Part shown: positions 49,273 to 62,200 of the stretch, in pieces
How positions within the stretch are numbered: position 1 is the stretch's first letter
How the letters are laid out: each line of letters begins with the position of its first letter
Assembly (NCBI GenBank): GCA_964016885.1
Contig: OZ024740.1
Location: 189,410,001 to 189,474,000 of the forward strand
Direction: 5' to 3'
DNA: 64,000 nt
From: Eledone cirrhosa
Lineage: Eukaryota
Notes under the pieces: generated by a model
What the model was told of the DNA's origin: nothing
The model's input: only the letters and a program-made list of their open reading frames with translations
Databases searched by the model: none
Translations under genes and position numbers: made by a program

Positions 49273-50332
49273 ATAAAAATGTATGTATATATATATATGT
49301 ATGTATATATATATGTGTATATATATGTATATAAATATATATATGTATGTATATATATATGTGTATATATGTCAGGTCACCAGTTGGTGCTACTGGTAAC
49401 ATGTATCCCAGTACAACCTGTCTCATGGTCAGGTCGTTGGCGACTAAACTGGCAACCCCACCAAGGTTTCTTGGTGAGGAGGGTGACTTTGGACATCCTG
49501 CAGGACTAAAAACAAAACCTGTCAAAGGGCAAAGGAGCTCTTAAGAGTCAATGGCCATCCAAAATCACCGGGAGAGATGACCCCTTAGCCTTTGTCAAGG
49601 CAGAATACTAGGAGAAGGAAAACTCTGACATAACACCTGCAACCCTGATGGTATCCAATGATGTTGACTTGCTCTTCTTTTTGGTAAATATCATCTTGGT
49701 TAAGAGAGTGGGACTGGCTTTGTGCAGTGCCTTTGTTCACTATAAAAGCTTCACGGCACATGCATTGCTTTATATCTGGAGATCTCTCTGCACTTGTCCC
49801 CACATGGTACCATGGGCCCAGCACTATGTGTAAATAATTGTCACAAGTGTAGTGTTTGTACCAGAATTTTCAAGTCGCTGGCTGGACTAAAAAGTCACAC
49901 TCGTTCAGCGCTTCGGTAGGGGTTCTCCTACATGGATATAAAGTAGTGGCCGTACTCGAAAACGAGTTGGCAGCCACCATGTGTATATATATGTATATAT
50001 ATATAGATGTATATATATATATATATATGTATGTATATATATGTATATATATATATGTATATATATCTATATGTATGTATATATATGTATATATATATAT
50101 GTATATATATGTATATATATATATACATATATATCTGTATATATATATATGTATATATATATATATGTATATATGTTCCTTACCACATTTCCTTTGTAAA
50201 AAAGGACCCACACCCCACCCTCCCGCACCAAAATTAGACTTATCGTCCCCTACTTTTGCTCTTTACTCTCTTTACTCTTTGTACTTGAATGTTTGGTTGG
50301 TAGAGTCCATAACACCAATCAAACCCCTTTTA

Positions 50333-50381
50333 TAGCTCTGACGAATCCTACGGTTACGTAAGGAAGAAACATTGTAAGCCA
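50333..50381 (+). ncRNA. Type I minimal hammerhead ribozyme
   Basis: TAGCT-CTGACGA-ATCCTACG-GTTA-CGTAAGGAA-GAAA-C-ATT-GTA^AGCCA. Confidence 0.85.
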
Positions 50382-50434
50382 ATAAAAATATTTTGATGTT
50401 GTAGACGGTCTTGTGTTCTTTATCATATATATAT

Positions 50435-50725
50435 ATATTGAAAAAGTGAAGACAGTACAAAAAAAAAGCTTTTTATTTACAGTCTGACAATTGTTTCACT
50501 GATTAAGTTCTCTAAAAATTGCTGAACACTCAATTTTATATACGTTGTTAGCTTAACCAGATCATCGGAGATAACTGCTTAAGCTAACAACGTATTTAAA
50601 ATTGATTTGCACTGTTTCAAGTGTTCAGCAATTTTTAGACAGCTTAATCAGTGATACAATTGTCTGACTCTAAATAAAACCCTTTTTTGTACTGTTGACC
50701 ATGTTATTCTTCACTTTTTCAATAT
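50435..50725. mobile_element. Fold-back pair of PLE terminal sequence
   Basis: 50435-50556 and 50578-50725 are imperfect reverse complements; followed by ttactccaaga...ccgtacg resembling the family A leader. Confidence 0.8.
50480..50577 (-). ncRNA. Hammerhead ribozyme with variant core CCGATGA and long stem II insertion
   Basis: Minus strand CAGTTATCT-CCGATGA-T-CTGGTTAAG...CTTAATCAG-T-GAAA-CAATTG-TC^AGACTG; 9-bp stem II base, palindromic stem III, GUC triplet. Confidence 0.75.
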
Positions 50726-50880
50726 TATTACTCCAAGATAAACATACATAGGAATACAAGTGAAATCATAAACTCGCCACCACTCCTTGTAGAATCAAAC
50801 AACGCCGTACGCTAAGACTATCCATAATACGAAGTATTCACAACCTCTAACTGGATTACCTATAACGATATTTTGTTATC

Positions 50881-50927
<47 letters not shown>

Positions 50928-50939
50928 GGGTGAAGACAA

Positions 50940-51600
50940 CGGAAAAAATGGACGAATCACAGAATGATCCATTCTCCTCATTCGACTTCTGTAGGTCCTT
51001 GTAATGTCGATGTATGATGGTCGATATCACTAGCCCCAGTTAAACTAGGACTGTAATAAATGGAGACACAACAGGACAATTGGTCTTTCGAATATTTACA
51101 ATTAAAATAAAATTTACTACAGACCGAAGTGCTGTAACTGAAAAGAGAATATTGAAATAAAGCTCAACACATTACCCTAGATGAGAAAGTATGCATAGAA
51201 GGCTAAGTGACAACGAGAATGTGGAAGAGACAGTTTGAACGTTCGTCCTAAATAGACAGACACGGCGAGTATAGAGAATGTAATTGAAGGAAGAAAACGT
51301 TTAAAACATATCAAATTGAAAGAATGTCCCGCGCGGCTAAGATTGTATAAAAGTAATTAAAAAAGGTTGGTGATAACAATAGAAAAACGGATGAAGCACA
51401 GGACAGTTCATTCTCATCAATCTACCTTCCGTGCATTAACTTCGATTCCCTAGCTTCAGTGTACATAGGATAGTAATAAATGGACTCAATTGTGGACAAT
51501 TGGTGTTTCAACAGTTTACAAATATAACAACGTGTACTACGAGTCAATGTGCTCCAACTGAAAAGAAAAGATAGAAACAAATCCTAACATATTAGCCTAT
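50940..51600. repeat. Old diverged direct repeat pair (~50945-51180 / 51385-51600)
   Basis: Shared blocks gtaataaatgga, ggacaattggt, tttacaa, tactac, aactgaaaaga in the same order. Confidence 0.65.
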
Positions 51601-51707
51601 CTCCTGTCATGTACACTGGATCCACTTACACGTTACTTTCACGAGCAGGCATTTCATTTGATTGCATCAGCTTTAGCACACGTCCTAGGAAACGACGGTT
51701 TTCGAAC

Positions 51708-51751
<44 letters not shown>

Positions 51752-52759
51752 TAGTAAGCCAGTATTATTGTTATTGAATATTACAACTATAGATACTTTT
51801 ATTATATTCAATTTCATTATAATTCATTTAACATTTATATTTTGAATATTATTCGTTTAACTATTTTGGATGAATGTATCATATAGTTACGTCCTCTTAC
51901 ATTCCAAGTTCGAATCCAGCCGAGGTGTGCTTTGCATTTCATACTTGTTGGGTCGATAAAATAAAGTACCAGTAACATACTGGTTTCAATTTAATAGACC
52001 CTTACCACCACCACAAAACAGAAACCATTATTGTGAATAAATGTGTGAGATTGGCAGAATCGTTAGATTGTCTGACAAATTACTTGTTATATATATATTT
52101 CCAATCTTTTCATTTTGAGGTACACGTAAAGTGTCGTGGATTGGTACTATTGGTAAAGCATCAGGAAAAATGTCCTGAGGTATTTCGACATGAGGTTCTA
52201 TGTTCTGAGTTCAAATCCCACAGTATTCAACGTTGTCTTTCCTCTTTCCAAGGTCGATAAATTAAAGTAGCAGTCAAGTACTGGTGTCGATATAATCGAA
52301 TTTTGCCTTCTAAAGTGCTAGACTTGTGCCATTGTCAGACACAATTGTTTTGCATAAACACCGTAAAATCTGTTAAAAAAAGTAAAATTATAATTATCGT
52401 AGCTGTATAACAATACTTGAAGTTACAACGACAAAAACATATCACCATCGTAAAAAAAACCCCAACAAACATTATAATTGACCATGATCGATCACTCTTT
52501 TCTCCGTTGTGCTTCACACCTAATCATTTGTGTCCGCAACAAATGAAACTGATGATTAACGTTGATGGATGTTCAAATAAAGGACATTGTATTTGCTCTA
52601 TCACAGAACGTGTTCCTCGCGTTATGTTTAAGGTATATTTGTCACGGTAACTTGTAGATATACGTTGTTTAAATAGATAAACAAATGCTATGAGCCAATG
52701 GGGCCAGATGTACACAGGCAATGTAAATTTCGGAACATACCTTATATAACTAATAATGA

Positions 52760-52920
52760 TTTCTACTATAGGCACAAGGCCAACAATCTTTGGGGAGGGG
52801 AAAGTCGACTAAATCGACCCCAGTGTGTTATTGTTACTTTATTTTATCGACCCCGTAAGAAGGAAAAGCAAAGCTAACCGCAGCGCTATTCGAACACAAC
52901 GTAAATGGACGTAACTCTAC
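52760..52920 (-). mobile_element. SINE family 2 copy
   Basis: tttctactataggcacaaggcca...ttttatcgaccccgtaag matches 63537-63670. Confidence 0.7.
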
Positions 52921-53411
52921 GGCTTATATACCACATAGTACTTACTAACAATAGCAACACTAACAATGTGGGTTTGTTTGTCCGCATAAATGCCGCTGTA
53001 TGTTTTATCAATGTGAGAGATAATAGAAATATGGAAGCTTGATATTTTTGGAAATAATTTAGTGTTTTGTGTAATGAGGTGTAGGATTAACGTGTGGAGT
53101 TTTGTAGAGTTTGAAATATTTTCAAGCTTCAGTGCATGTAATTTTATATTTCACAGCGACAAATTATTTCAATGTTTCACTATTTCCATATATTTACATT
53201 TTGATAGTTCTCTTTTATTGGCCTGTTAATCCACTCACCTAACACTGTTTAGCACTATTTTTACATTAATACTTCATGCAGAAGAGAATTCAGATGGAAG
53301 ATTTAATGAAGTCTTCAAGACACATCCAACGGCTGTCTTTATGTATCCTTTCTCAGACACTAGGTTTAGTCCATGGATAAGTCTAAAACTGTAATATATA
53401 TATATGTATAT

Positions 53412-54162
53412 AAATTAAAATGAAGAATTAGAAATAGAAGACAGGACTATCCATCATCAGTGGTCTACTAGCCATCATAGGTAATTCTTCGCATTAAAGA
53501 CCAGATACCTCAGGCTAGCGCGAACAATAACTAAAGTAAGTTATTGGGATAAAAAGAAGTGTGTGGAGAAAGAGAGAAAGGTAAACAAACACGAATGATG
53601 AGGCAACTTAAAGAGAGGAAAAAATGAGAAAATCAAGTCAATGTTTTACTTGAACATCAGAACTTGCAAATATTGACGAGAAGACGAAAGAGACATCTTA
53701 ACCGTGCGAAAGTAAGCGAGGAAAGAATTTCGCACGGTGTGGAACGATGGAGGAAGTGAGATAGAGGGAGAGTAGCAGAGAGTGAGTGAGTGAGTGAAAG
53801 TGTGAGGAAGAGGCTAGCCGAGAGAGGGTGACTAGTAGAGGGGGTGAATGAAAGTAAGAGGGAGAAGGAGAGAGAAGGAGGGGGGGAGAGAAAGAGGATA
53901 GCAGTAAGGGAAGATAAAAAGACAGGTCACAGCGAAGGAGAAAGCATATAGGAATGAAAAATGGTGTGCTGTTTTGTTGCAAATGTGGTTGCCTGACAAT
54001 TCCTGTTTGTTTACCTGTCTCTCTTTCTCCAGCCAATTCTTTTTATCCCAATAATTTATTTTAGTTATTGTTTGCGCTAGCCTGAGGTATCTGGTCTTTA
54101 AGGCGAAGAATTACCTCTGATGGATAGTCCTGGCTTCTATTTCTAATTCTTCATTTCAATTT
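53412..54162. mobile_element. Inverted repeat pair (53412-53558 / 54036-54162) around a purine-rich spacer; probable PLE terminus
   Basis: Arms are reverse complements with one indel; spacer is pyrimidine-rich on the minus strand like the other PLE 3' UTRs and includes a PHRAKF-like ORF end. Confidence 0.65.
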
Positions 54163-54339
54163 GTATATCACATATGCCACAACACAGCACGCCATTTTTC
54201 ATATATATATATATCCCTCAGGCAGCTCTGTAACCCCCTCTTCTACCGCCCTCTACCCTCCGATCCCACCCCCTTTACCAACAACAACTCTCCTCCACCA
54301 TCCAATATCTTATCACCTACTCCCTCCCCTCACCACTTC

Positions 54340-55903
54340 CCACCTCATCGTCCGCACCCCCCGCACCCCCACCATCTACTTCCTCCCCAAACTCCAGAAA
54401 CCCGACAACCCCATCGTCTCCGCTTGCAACTGCCCCACCGAACTCATCTCCGCCTTTCTCGACTCCATCCTCGCCCGCTTGTCACCACCCTCCCCTCCCA
54501 CATCTCCGACACCAATCACGCCCTGCGTCTTTTTGACTCCTTCACCTACCCACCAGGCCCACAGCCTTCCTCTTCACCCTAGACATCAAGTCCCTCTATA
54601 CCGTCATCCCCCACGCCAACGGCCTACGCGCCCTCAAACACTACCTCGACCTTCGCCCCTCTCCCATTCCCTCCACTCCCACCCTCCTTCGCTTCGCCGA
54701 GCTGGTCCTCACCCTCAATTGTTTCTCCTTCTCGGGTGAGTTTTACCAACAGGTCACGGGGGTAGCCATGGGTACAAGAATGGGCCCGAACTATGCCAAC
54801 TTTTTTGTTGGCCATGTTGAGGCCCAAATCTTTGCCCAGTACACCGGCCCCACGCCCGAACTGTACGGTCGTTACATTGACGACTGTATCGGAGCCACGA
54901 CCCTCACCCGAGAACAGCTCGACTTCTTTCTCTCCTTCTTCTGCTCCTTCCACCCCTCCCTCCACTTCACCACCTCTATCTCCACCACCCACGTCCACTT
55001 CTTAGACATCTCCGTCGCCTTCGACCCCTCCCACCACTCCCTCGTCACCTCCGCCTTCTTCAAACCCACCGACTCCCACTCTTATCTCGACTTCACCTCT
55101 TCCCACCCCACCCACACTAAACACTCCATTCCCTAATCCCAACTCCTCAGGATCCGCCGCCTCTGTAGCCGAGAAGCTGACTTCGAGTCCCAGGCCCTTT
55201 CCCTAGTCAGCCATTTCATCCGCAGAGGTTACCCCCCCTCTCTCGTCCACACCGCTCTCACCCGCGCCCGTGCTGTCCACCGCTCCACCACCCTCACCCC
55301 ACGCCACCGCACACCCACCCACCGTCTCCCCTTCCCATCACCTACCACCCCTCCACCTTACCCCTCCACCGCACCATCCGCCGCCTCTTCCGACGCCTCC
55401 AGTCCGACCCTTCCACCTCCCACATCTTCCCACCCCCACTACTCCCCTCCTTCAAACGCGCACACAATCTCCGCACCCTCCTCGTCCAAAGCTCCCTACC
55501 CCCAACCCCCCGGTTCCTTTCACTGTTCTAGGCCCCGCTGCAACACCTGTCCCCACATCACCAACACCACGATCTTCCAGGGTCCCAACGGCCACTCTCT
55601 CTCTGTCCGGCATGCCTTCCGCTGCACCTCCTCCAACCTAGTCTACGGACTTATGTCGGACAGACCGGACGTCGCCTGGCGGACCGATTCACTGAGCACC
55701 TCCGGGATATTCGTCTCGGTGGTAGTTCCCCCATCGCCCGTCACTTTGGTGCCCCTGGACATTCCGCACGCCATCTCACAGTCTGTGGCCTACTCCAATG
55801 CCACGGAACACCCGCCAATCTCCTTAGAGTCGAACAAAGAACTATCTTCATCTTACAGACCCACACTCCCCCCGGCCTGAACTCCCCACCCTTATTCTTT
55901 TAG
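54340..55903 (+). pseudogene. PLE RT + GIY-YIG ORF, frameshifted
   Basis: IYFLPKLQKP, IVSACNCPTE, FTLDIKSLYTVIPH, GVAMGTRMGPNYANFF, YGRYIDD, HFLDI, KPTDSHSYLDFTSSHP, CSRPRCNTC, FRCTSSNLVY, YVGQTGRRLADRFTEH, PGLN. Confidence 0.92.
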
Positions 55904-57371
55904 CCTTCGACCTCCCCCCTCCCCCACACATATCCCCCACTAACACCACTAACACACCCCTCCTTTTCACCGCCCACCCCACAACTAACAATACTAACAC
56001 CTCCACTCCACCCCTCATCCGACCACCCTTCCCCAACTAACATACTAACATCCCTCCCTTCTTCTCCTCCCCCTCCTTATCACACGCACACACCCACCGG
56101 CATATATATACACGCGCTCACACTAAACACACATCCTACTACCACCACTAACCCTCACCCCCACACCTCCATCCCACCACCCCGCAACTAACCTCACTAA
56201 CACCCCCTGAGCCCAAGCACACGAACACACGCACCCACTTACACCACCCACCCCACACGCAACTAACATCACTAACACCCCCCCAATCCCACGCACACGT
56301 ACCCACACACCCTCGTACACCACCAACTCTACACACCCTACCACCACTAACCCCCACTCACATCTGCATTCTACCCTTTCCCCACCTCCCGTATACTAAC
56401 ACCCACTAACACCCCTTCATCAAACTACACACACACCAGTACACCACACTCCCTCCATAGAACTACACACACCCTTCTCTCCCCGCTCCACCCACAGCCC
56501 CGCTCCACACTCACTCATCCCACTAACACCTATACTAATACACACACACCCTCCTCACTCCAACTTTCACACCTACCCATCCTCACCCCTTTACCATTCC
56601 ACCCGACTGCTGCTATGCCCTTTGACCACCTCCCAACACAAACAGACACACAGCACTCCCACGGCTTGACCACTTCCTGTTGCGCGCGCACCCCACATCT
56701 CTCCTCTTCCGACCATCTCTTCATGGAATACTCGTATGTGGAACTTGACCACCACGGAATCTACTAACACCATAGGAATTTACCAACATTTCAACCATCC
56801 TCTTACGGAATCACCTATATAACTCACCCACACACACATCTAAAAATATTTTTTTCTCCCACACGCCACCTACACCCACAACACGCTTAAACCCCACACA
56901 CACGTGCTTTCCACCACATATTTACACCCTCAGCCTCCTGATTCCTCTCCCCCACCCCTCTATCCACACACGCACAGACACTCCGACCTACAATCCCCCC
57001 CACACACACCTCTTTCTGAACATGCAACCCCGTTCTTCCCCCAACCCTTACTTTCACATACACACACACACACACACGTACACCTACACACACACACCAC
57101 CTTCAGCCCTCCCCGCTCAGACACCCCGTCTCCCTCTCCCCACTCCACCCGCCACCACCCCTACACACCCCACACCCTTCCACCACCTGTTTTACCCCTT
57201 TCTAATTTCAGTTTATTTTGATCATGCTTTTATATATATTTTTATTTCATTCGTTTTATTTTGATCATGCTTTATTTTTATTTTTATTTTTAATTTCATT
57301 CGCACCGTTTCCTTTCGCTATATGTCACTCCACCACTCCCCTACACACCCTTTGAACTCTGTTCCCACACA

Positions 57372-57414
57372 CTTCTCACCCGAGGAAGGGCTTATGCCCG
57401 AAACGTCGTTCCCC
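57372..57414 (+). ncRNA. Minimal hammerhead-like motif with variant core CCGAGGA
   Basis: CCGAGGA-A-GGGC-TTAT-GCCC-GAAA-CGTC; stem II perfect, stem I poorly paired; at the expected 3'-terminal position. Confidence 0.6.
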
Positions 57415-57497
57415 ACCACCACCCCACTCTCCAGAGCGTGAAATTAATAAACATTCGTTGTACTGCCTCTCTGTTTTGTTCCTGTTCAAATTTTTCC

Positions 57498-57549
<52 letters not shown>

Positions 57550-57556
<7 letters not shown>

Positions 57557-58117
57557 GACGTAAAATAAGAACATTATAAAAATTAACTTACTAAAATTTC
57601 ACTCCAACTAATTAGTTTCTGAAAGGGAATAAACATGGTTTCCGAATGGAACATGGAGAATACCTTTCGTCATCAGGAATTCAATTCTCAGCTAAGTTCC
57701 CAGGCGATGCGTGGACACAGGGAACTTATACAAAAATAATTCAGTGGATGGAAAAAAGCAAGCGAGTACTAAATTCCAAGACATTGAAAAAATCACTGCC
57801 TACTTGGTCGGTGGCAAATTCAAAAGAATCAATCACGTGACATCGAGGTTAATCAGTGAGGAGTGGGGTGCTAAGAAGACAGTAGCCGGACTATTACTAT
57901 GAACTATAGTAGCAGTTTTGGCAAATTTTTGCTCAACAAAATAATTTGGAGATATCGCCTGGGAACTTAGCTGAGAATTGACTTCCGGATGACGAAAGGT
58001 ATTCTCCATGTTCCTTTCGGAAACCATGTTTATTCCCTTTCAGAAACTAATTAGTTGGAGTGAAATTTTAGTAAATAAGTTAATTTTTATAATTTTCTTA
58101 TTTTACGTCTTTCATAT
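57550..58117. mobile_element. Inverted pair of PLE terminal repeats (57550-57708 / 57954-58117) with hammerhead-like motifs
   Basis: Arms are reverse complements; left arm (minus) CTGATGA-CGAAAGG...CCATTCG-GAAA-CCATG, right arm CGGATGA-CGAAAGG...CCTTTCG-GAAA-CCATG; stem I unclear. Confidence 0.8.
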
Positions 58118-58235
58118 AATTGTTCTGCATCCCCTTGCATTGAACCACAACGTTACTAAGACAAAACCTATATATTTGCTAGCGCTAGCATAGGTATGCA
58201 TCTGTATATATATGTTGGTAGATATACTAATTCTT

Positions 58236-58328
<93 letters not shown>

Positions 58329-58688
58329 ATGTATGAGAGAGAGAGAGAGAGAGAGAGAGCGGTGTTCCGTTGCAAATCGGCTTTCCGGTGATTTCATAAC
58401 GAAAATAGACAGAACTACAAAACAATTGTATATTTCGAAGAAACTGTCGCTTATTTCTTTGTAAAATATAACCGACATTCTACATCCCGTTAGTGTCTGA
58501 CTGTTTCTGTGTACGGTTGTAGGTAAAATGTCTCCACTAACATTATTAAATATTAATATACATAAAAGCATGCGTGAATTAGGATACAGTGGCCAACGCA
58601 AAATTAGAAGCTTTCACCGCAAATTGTTTATAAAAAAATAGTAAAGTATTAGGGCATATGAACACCATAACGAAAAAAATGCGTATTA

Positions 58689-58763
58689 GCGTTAATGGGA
58701 ATCGAACCCATATCTGGTATTTTCACAATAAGTATGTTAACCGACTACACCGTGTATTGATGC
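58689..58763 (-). pseudogene. tRNA-like sequence (degenerate, possible GTG anticodon)
   Basis: GGTGTAGTCGGTTAACAT (D arm/A box), ATGGG-TTCGATT-CCCAT (perfect T arm), partial acceptor stem; anticodon stem broken. Confidence 0.55.
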
Positions 58764-58933
58764 AACCAGTTAGCATACTTATCGTGAAAATAAGAGGTGT
58801 GTGTTCGATTCACTCTAATGCACATTTTTCCCGTTACAGAGGCTCTGATTGCTCTAATATTTGAATAATTTATATTGTCAATTTACGGTGAAAGCTTCTA
58901 AATCTATTTTCAAAGTTAACATACATATGTTAT

Positions 58934-59088
58934 ATACCATATTTCCCGGTGCCGAAGACGCTTCGTCCTCGAGGACTATCCCTAATTTTGATAACCAAAA
59001 ATTAGAAAAAATTAATAATCAACCTTCGGTCTCTAGGATGAATGGTAGACTTTTGAGACTTATTTTAAGAAAAAAGTAGCGTCTTCGA

Positions 59089-59097
<9 letters not shown>
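58934..59097. mobile_element. Possible MITE (pogo/Tc1-mariner-like ends)
   Basis: taccatatttcccGGTGCCGAAGACGCT ... AGCGTCTTCGACACC: 15-bp inverted repeat with one mismatch, TA flanks. Confidence 0.4.
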
Positions 59098-59119
<22 letters not shown>

Positions 59120-59156
59120 CGTGTATGGATGTATGTATATATACCTATCTCCCCCG

Positions 59157-59269
<113 letters not shown>

Positions 59270-62200
59270 ATATATATATATATATCTATCTATCTCTATA
59301 TATATATATATATACTTATATATGTATATATAAATGTGTATATGTGTGTCTAAATATATTTCCTCATTTGTATGTACACACACACACACACACACACATC
59401 TCTCTCTCTCTCTATATATATATTTACATGTATATATTTCGTTTTATCAAACATTAGAATATGATATGAGAATTTTGCTCTATTTCTAAGAAGTCAGCGG
59501 AAAACGTAGAGGAATTTGTATGCAATATGAATATTAACTATGCGATAGTTTGTAATGTTTAGCGTAAATCGTTCTATGGGCATGGCGTGTAGTGAGACGA
59601 TGTATACTAAAAGATTTGATACACTAGATAAAGATTGCAATCGTGTCTATTTGCGTCGATTGAGTCGGGTAAGAATGTTTTCACACATTAATTGAATTTA
59701 TGTTGTAGTAACCTCAATCTCGGCGAATCTGAAGAGTTGTTATAACGTCGGATAGGATGCTTTACGGTATTTGTTTCGGCTCTCTCTGCTCTGAGTTTAT
59801 ATGCTACCAAGGACAACTTTGGCTCTCATCCATTCGACGTCGTTAAATATGTACCAGTCAAGTATTGGAGTCGATTCTTGCTCTTTTCGATTCTCTCACT
59901 CTGTGTCCTTCTCTGGAACAAATCTTCAGGCCTCGAGAGGAGATGGTGTCTGACAGGTTTTAAATGCTCTAGAAACACCGTATGTCAACACGCCGGCTCT
60001 ATGAGTCGCTGGGAGTTATGGAAATAATATAATAAATATCCTCAACCTAGCTGTAAAAGAGACTTCATGCATTGTATTCGAATCTCTCAACTGTCATTTT
60101 TAAATAGTCACTTTCCTCGCAAAACAATCATGTAAAAGTAACAACTAATTTCTCTATAGTTCCAGCACAATTATATCTATCATTTTGGTAAACAACGACA
60201 CCAGAAACAACTAATGCTATTTTCTCTTTTGTGTTTCAAATTTTATAACTTCTTTTCTCTTTTATCTAATGTGATATACTTCTTAATATTCATCTTTAAA
60301 GTAATGCACCACTTACTGCTGCATAATCTCCTAAATGTCCTTTGAACTTCGATGACGACTTGTTTTATAAGTGGCTTCAATGTCCTTCTAACTAATCTAA
60401 ATTGTTCTTATTGACGAACGTATAGTGATTGCAAATTATAAGCCGCTCTACAATCAAGTTATTGAAGAAATTCGTTGCCTGCAGTTGACAGGGTGGGGTT
60501 GTTTTCAATTACATTTATAAAACAAATATATAGAAGGAAATATGTATTTAGAGATAGGTAACTTAGTTTCTTACTATGTAGTTTCCTGTCTATTAATACG
60601 TTGGCATCTAAACCAGTATTCCACAGTATCTTAGAGTACTATAGAATGATGTAAAATATACGAAAAATCAAATAGAGTACATACAAGTTACAATTTTCAC
60701 GATCGTATCTAATGATATGTTCTTGTCTTCTGTTATTTCTTCATATAATACTTTCTTAATCTGATAGATATGTGAACGTAATCTGTATTTGGCAACCTAA
60801 TATCGTTTCAAACATATGTTAATGTTAAAGTCTATCCAAGCAAACTGCCTACATAATCGTTGTAACTTTGTTTATTTTAATTCTGAGTAGATATATGCAT
60901 TTTACACATGATATTCCGTATTTAAAAATTACTTTATATTTTAATTCTCTCTACTGAACTGCTGGATTATTCTAGGGTAGAATTTGTCTATTTTGAAAAT
61001 CTTATGTTTTCCCTTCTTTCTCCATCTCAACGCAGCACGTGAAAACCCTTAATGAATTTCTTTCCGACAACTTATACTTGTATGACAAAAAGCAAAAGAT
61101 TTAAATGACTCACAACACGTGACATATGTTTCTTCCCCCAAATACTACGCATTTCACATTTAAAATATTAGTTAACTAACCAATTTACTTGGATTATACA
61201 TGATAAATGACATAAATTGAAATTATATGTACATGATATTTACTAGAAATGTTTAGTTCTTAACGAGGGAGAACAGGTACCCAAACACTAAATTATGATA
61301 TGTAAATTCCAACGCAAGAACTCAGAGTTAAAAGAAAGAAAAAAAAACCCCCGGGCCAAATACTATCAGGTATCTTGTCCAGTGCTGTAACATACGAAAG
61401 GTGCATGGTTTCTTTCTCATGGGTGCCTCTGTCTAACATTCCATTTTCAGTGGCCCTTTTACCCGACTTATTCAACCATTATTTGTAGTTAACTGCACGG
61501 TGGCTAACTATTGATAACAAAAGTTCAAGCCTCGGTGAAAATGTCTTGGATTGTATTTGGACTACGAACCATGAGCTGGTGCAGAAAATATTATTGTCTC
61601 AGAGAGAAATTGTAGGAGTAGCTTATATTCGATTACATCAAAGTTGACAGCCATAGGATTTGTACTGAAAACAAAAAGTAACGAAGCCAATACTGCAACA
61701 CCTTTGCTCAGCGCTCTACTATATGTGCCAGTCGATTGCATTGATAATAATAGCCCTGCTTTCTGATTTAGGCACAGAGTCCCAAATTTGGGCATTGAGT
61801 GTTGTCAGTTTGATCGAACCCAATACTTTATAGATATTTTGCTGCGGCAACCATGGAAGGATGAAACTCAAACCATATAGAGTCAAAACATAATATAACC
61901 TATCATGTTCCACGCTCTTACGTTTCAGAGAATCCATCGTCTTCTGTAATGTTAATACTAATATTGATTTCCTATATAGGAATAAGACCTCCAATTTTTG
62001 GAAAGGTAAAAGTTAATTATATCCAAACCAGTACTCAGCTGGTAGTATATTTTATCAACATCAAATGAAATGCAAATTTGACTTCAGTGGAAATTGAACT
62101 CAAGAATGCTAACAGAATAAATACTCCAAAGCATTTTGAATGACACGCAAACGATTCTACCAAATCAATCGCCCCTTTTTTCTGTCTCTCCACGTCTTCC

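Larger units (their letters stand above)
49066..50390 (+). repeat. ~215-bp direct repeats (49066-49280 / 50176-50390), each ending in an HHR and AATAAA
   Basis: gttccttacc...aagccaataaaaat occurs twice ~1110 bp apart with few differences; the upstream microsatellite pattern is duplicated too. Confidence 0.92.
54300..57500 (+). mobile_element. C-rich PLE of a non-Naiad clade (Poseidon/Neptune-like), 5'-truncated
   Basis: RT + GIY-YIG remnant, 1.5-kb C/A-rich 3' UTR, terminal HHR-like motif and AATAAA (~57446), ends in (TA)n. Confidence 0.9.

Noticed and set aside
53445-53520. CTGATGA on the minus strand in the 53412 inverted arm
   Set aside because: No GAAA or cleavage triplet at a compatible position; not called as a ribozyme.
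58689-58763. Functional tRNA-His gene
   Set aside because: Acceptor and anticodon stems are broken and it lies within a repeat fold-back; treated as tRNA-like only.
61560-61995. Minus-strand LNAQIWDSVPK resembling a Mutator-like transposase motif
   Set aside because: Single short motif; surrounding frames do not continue recognisably and no TIRs were found.
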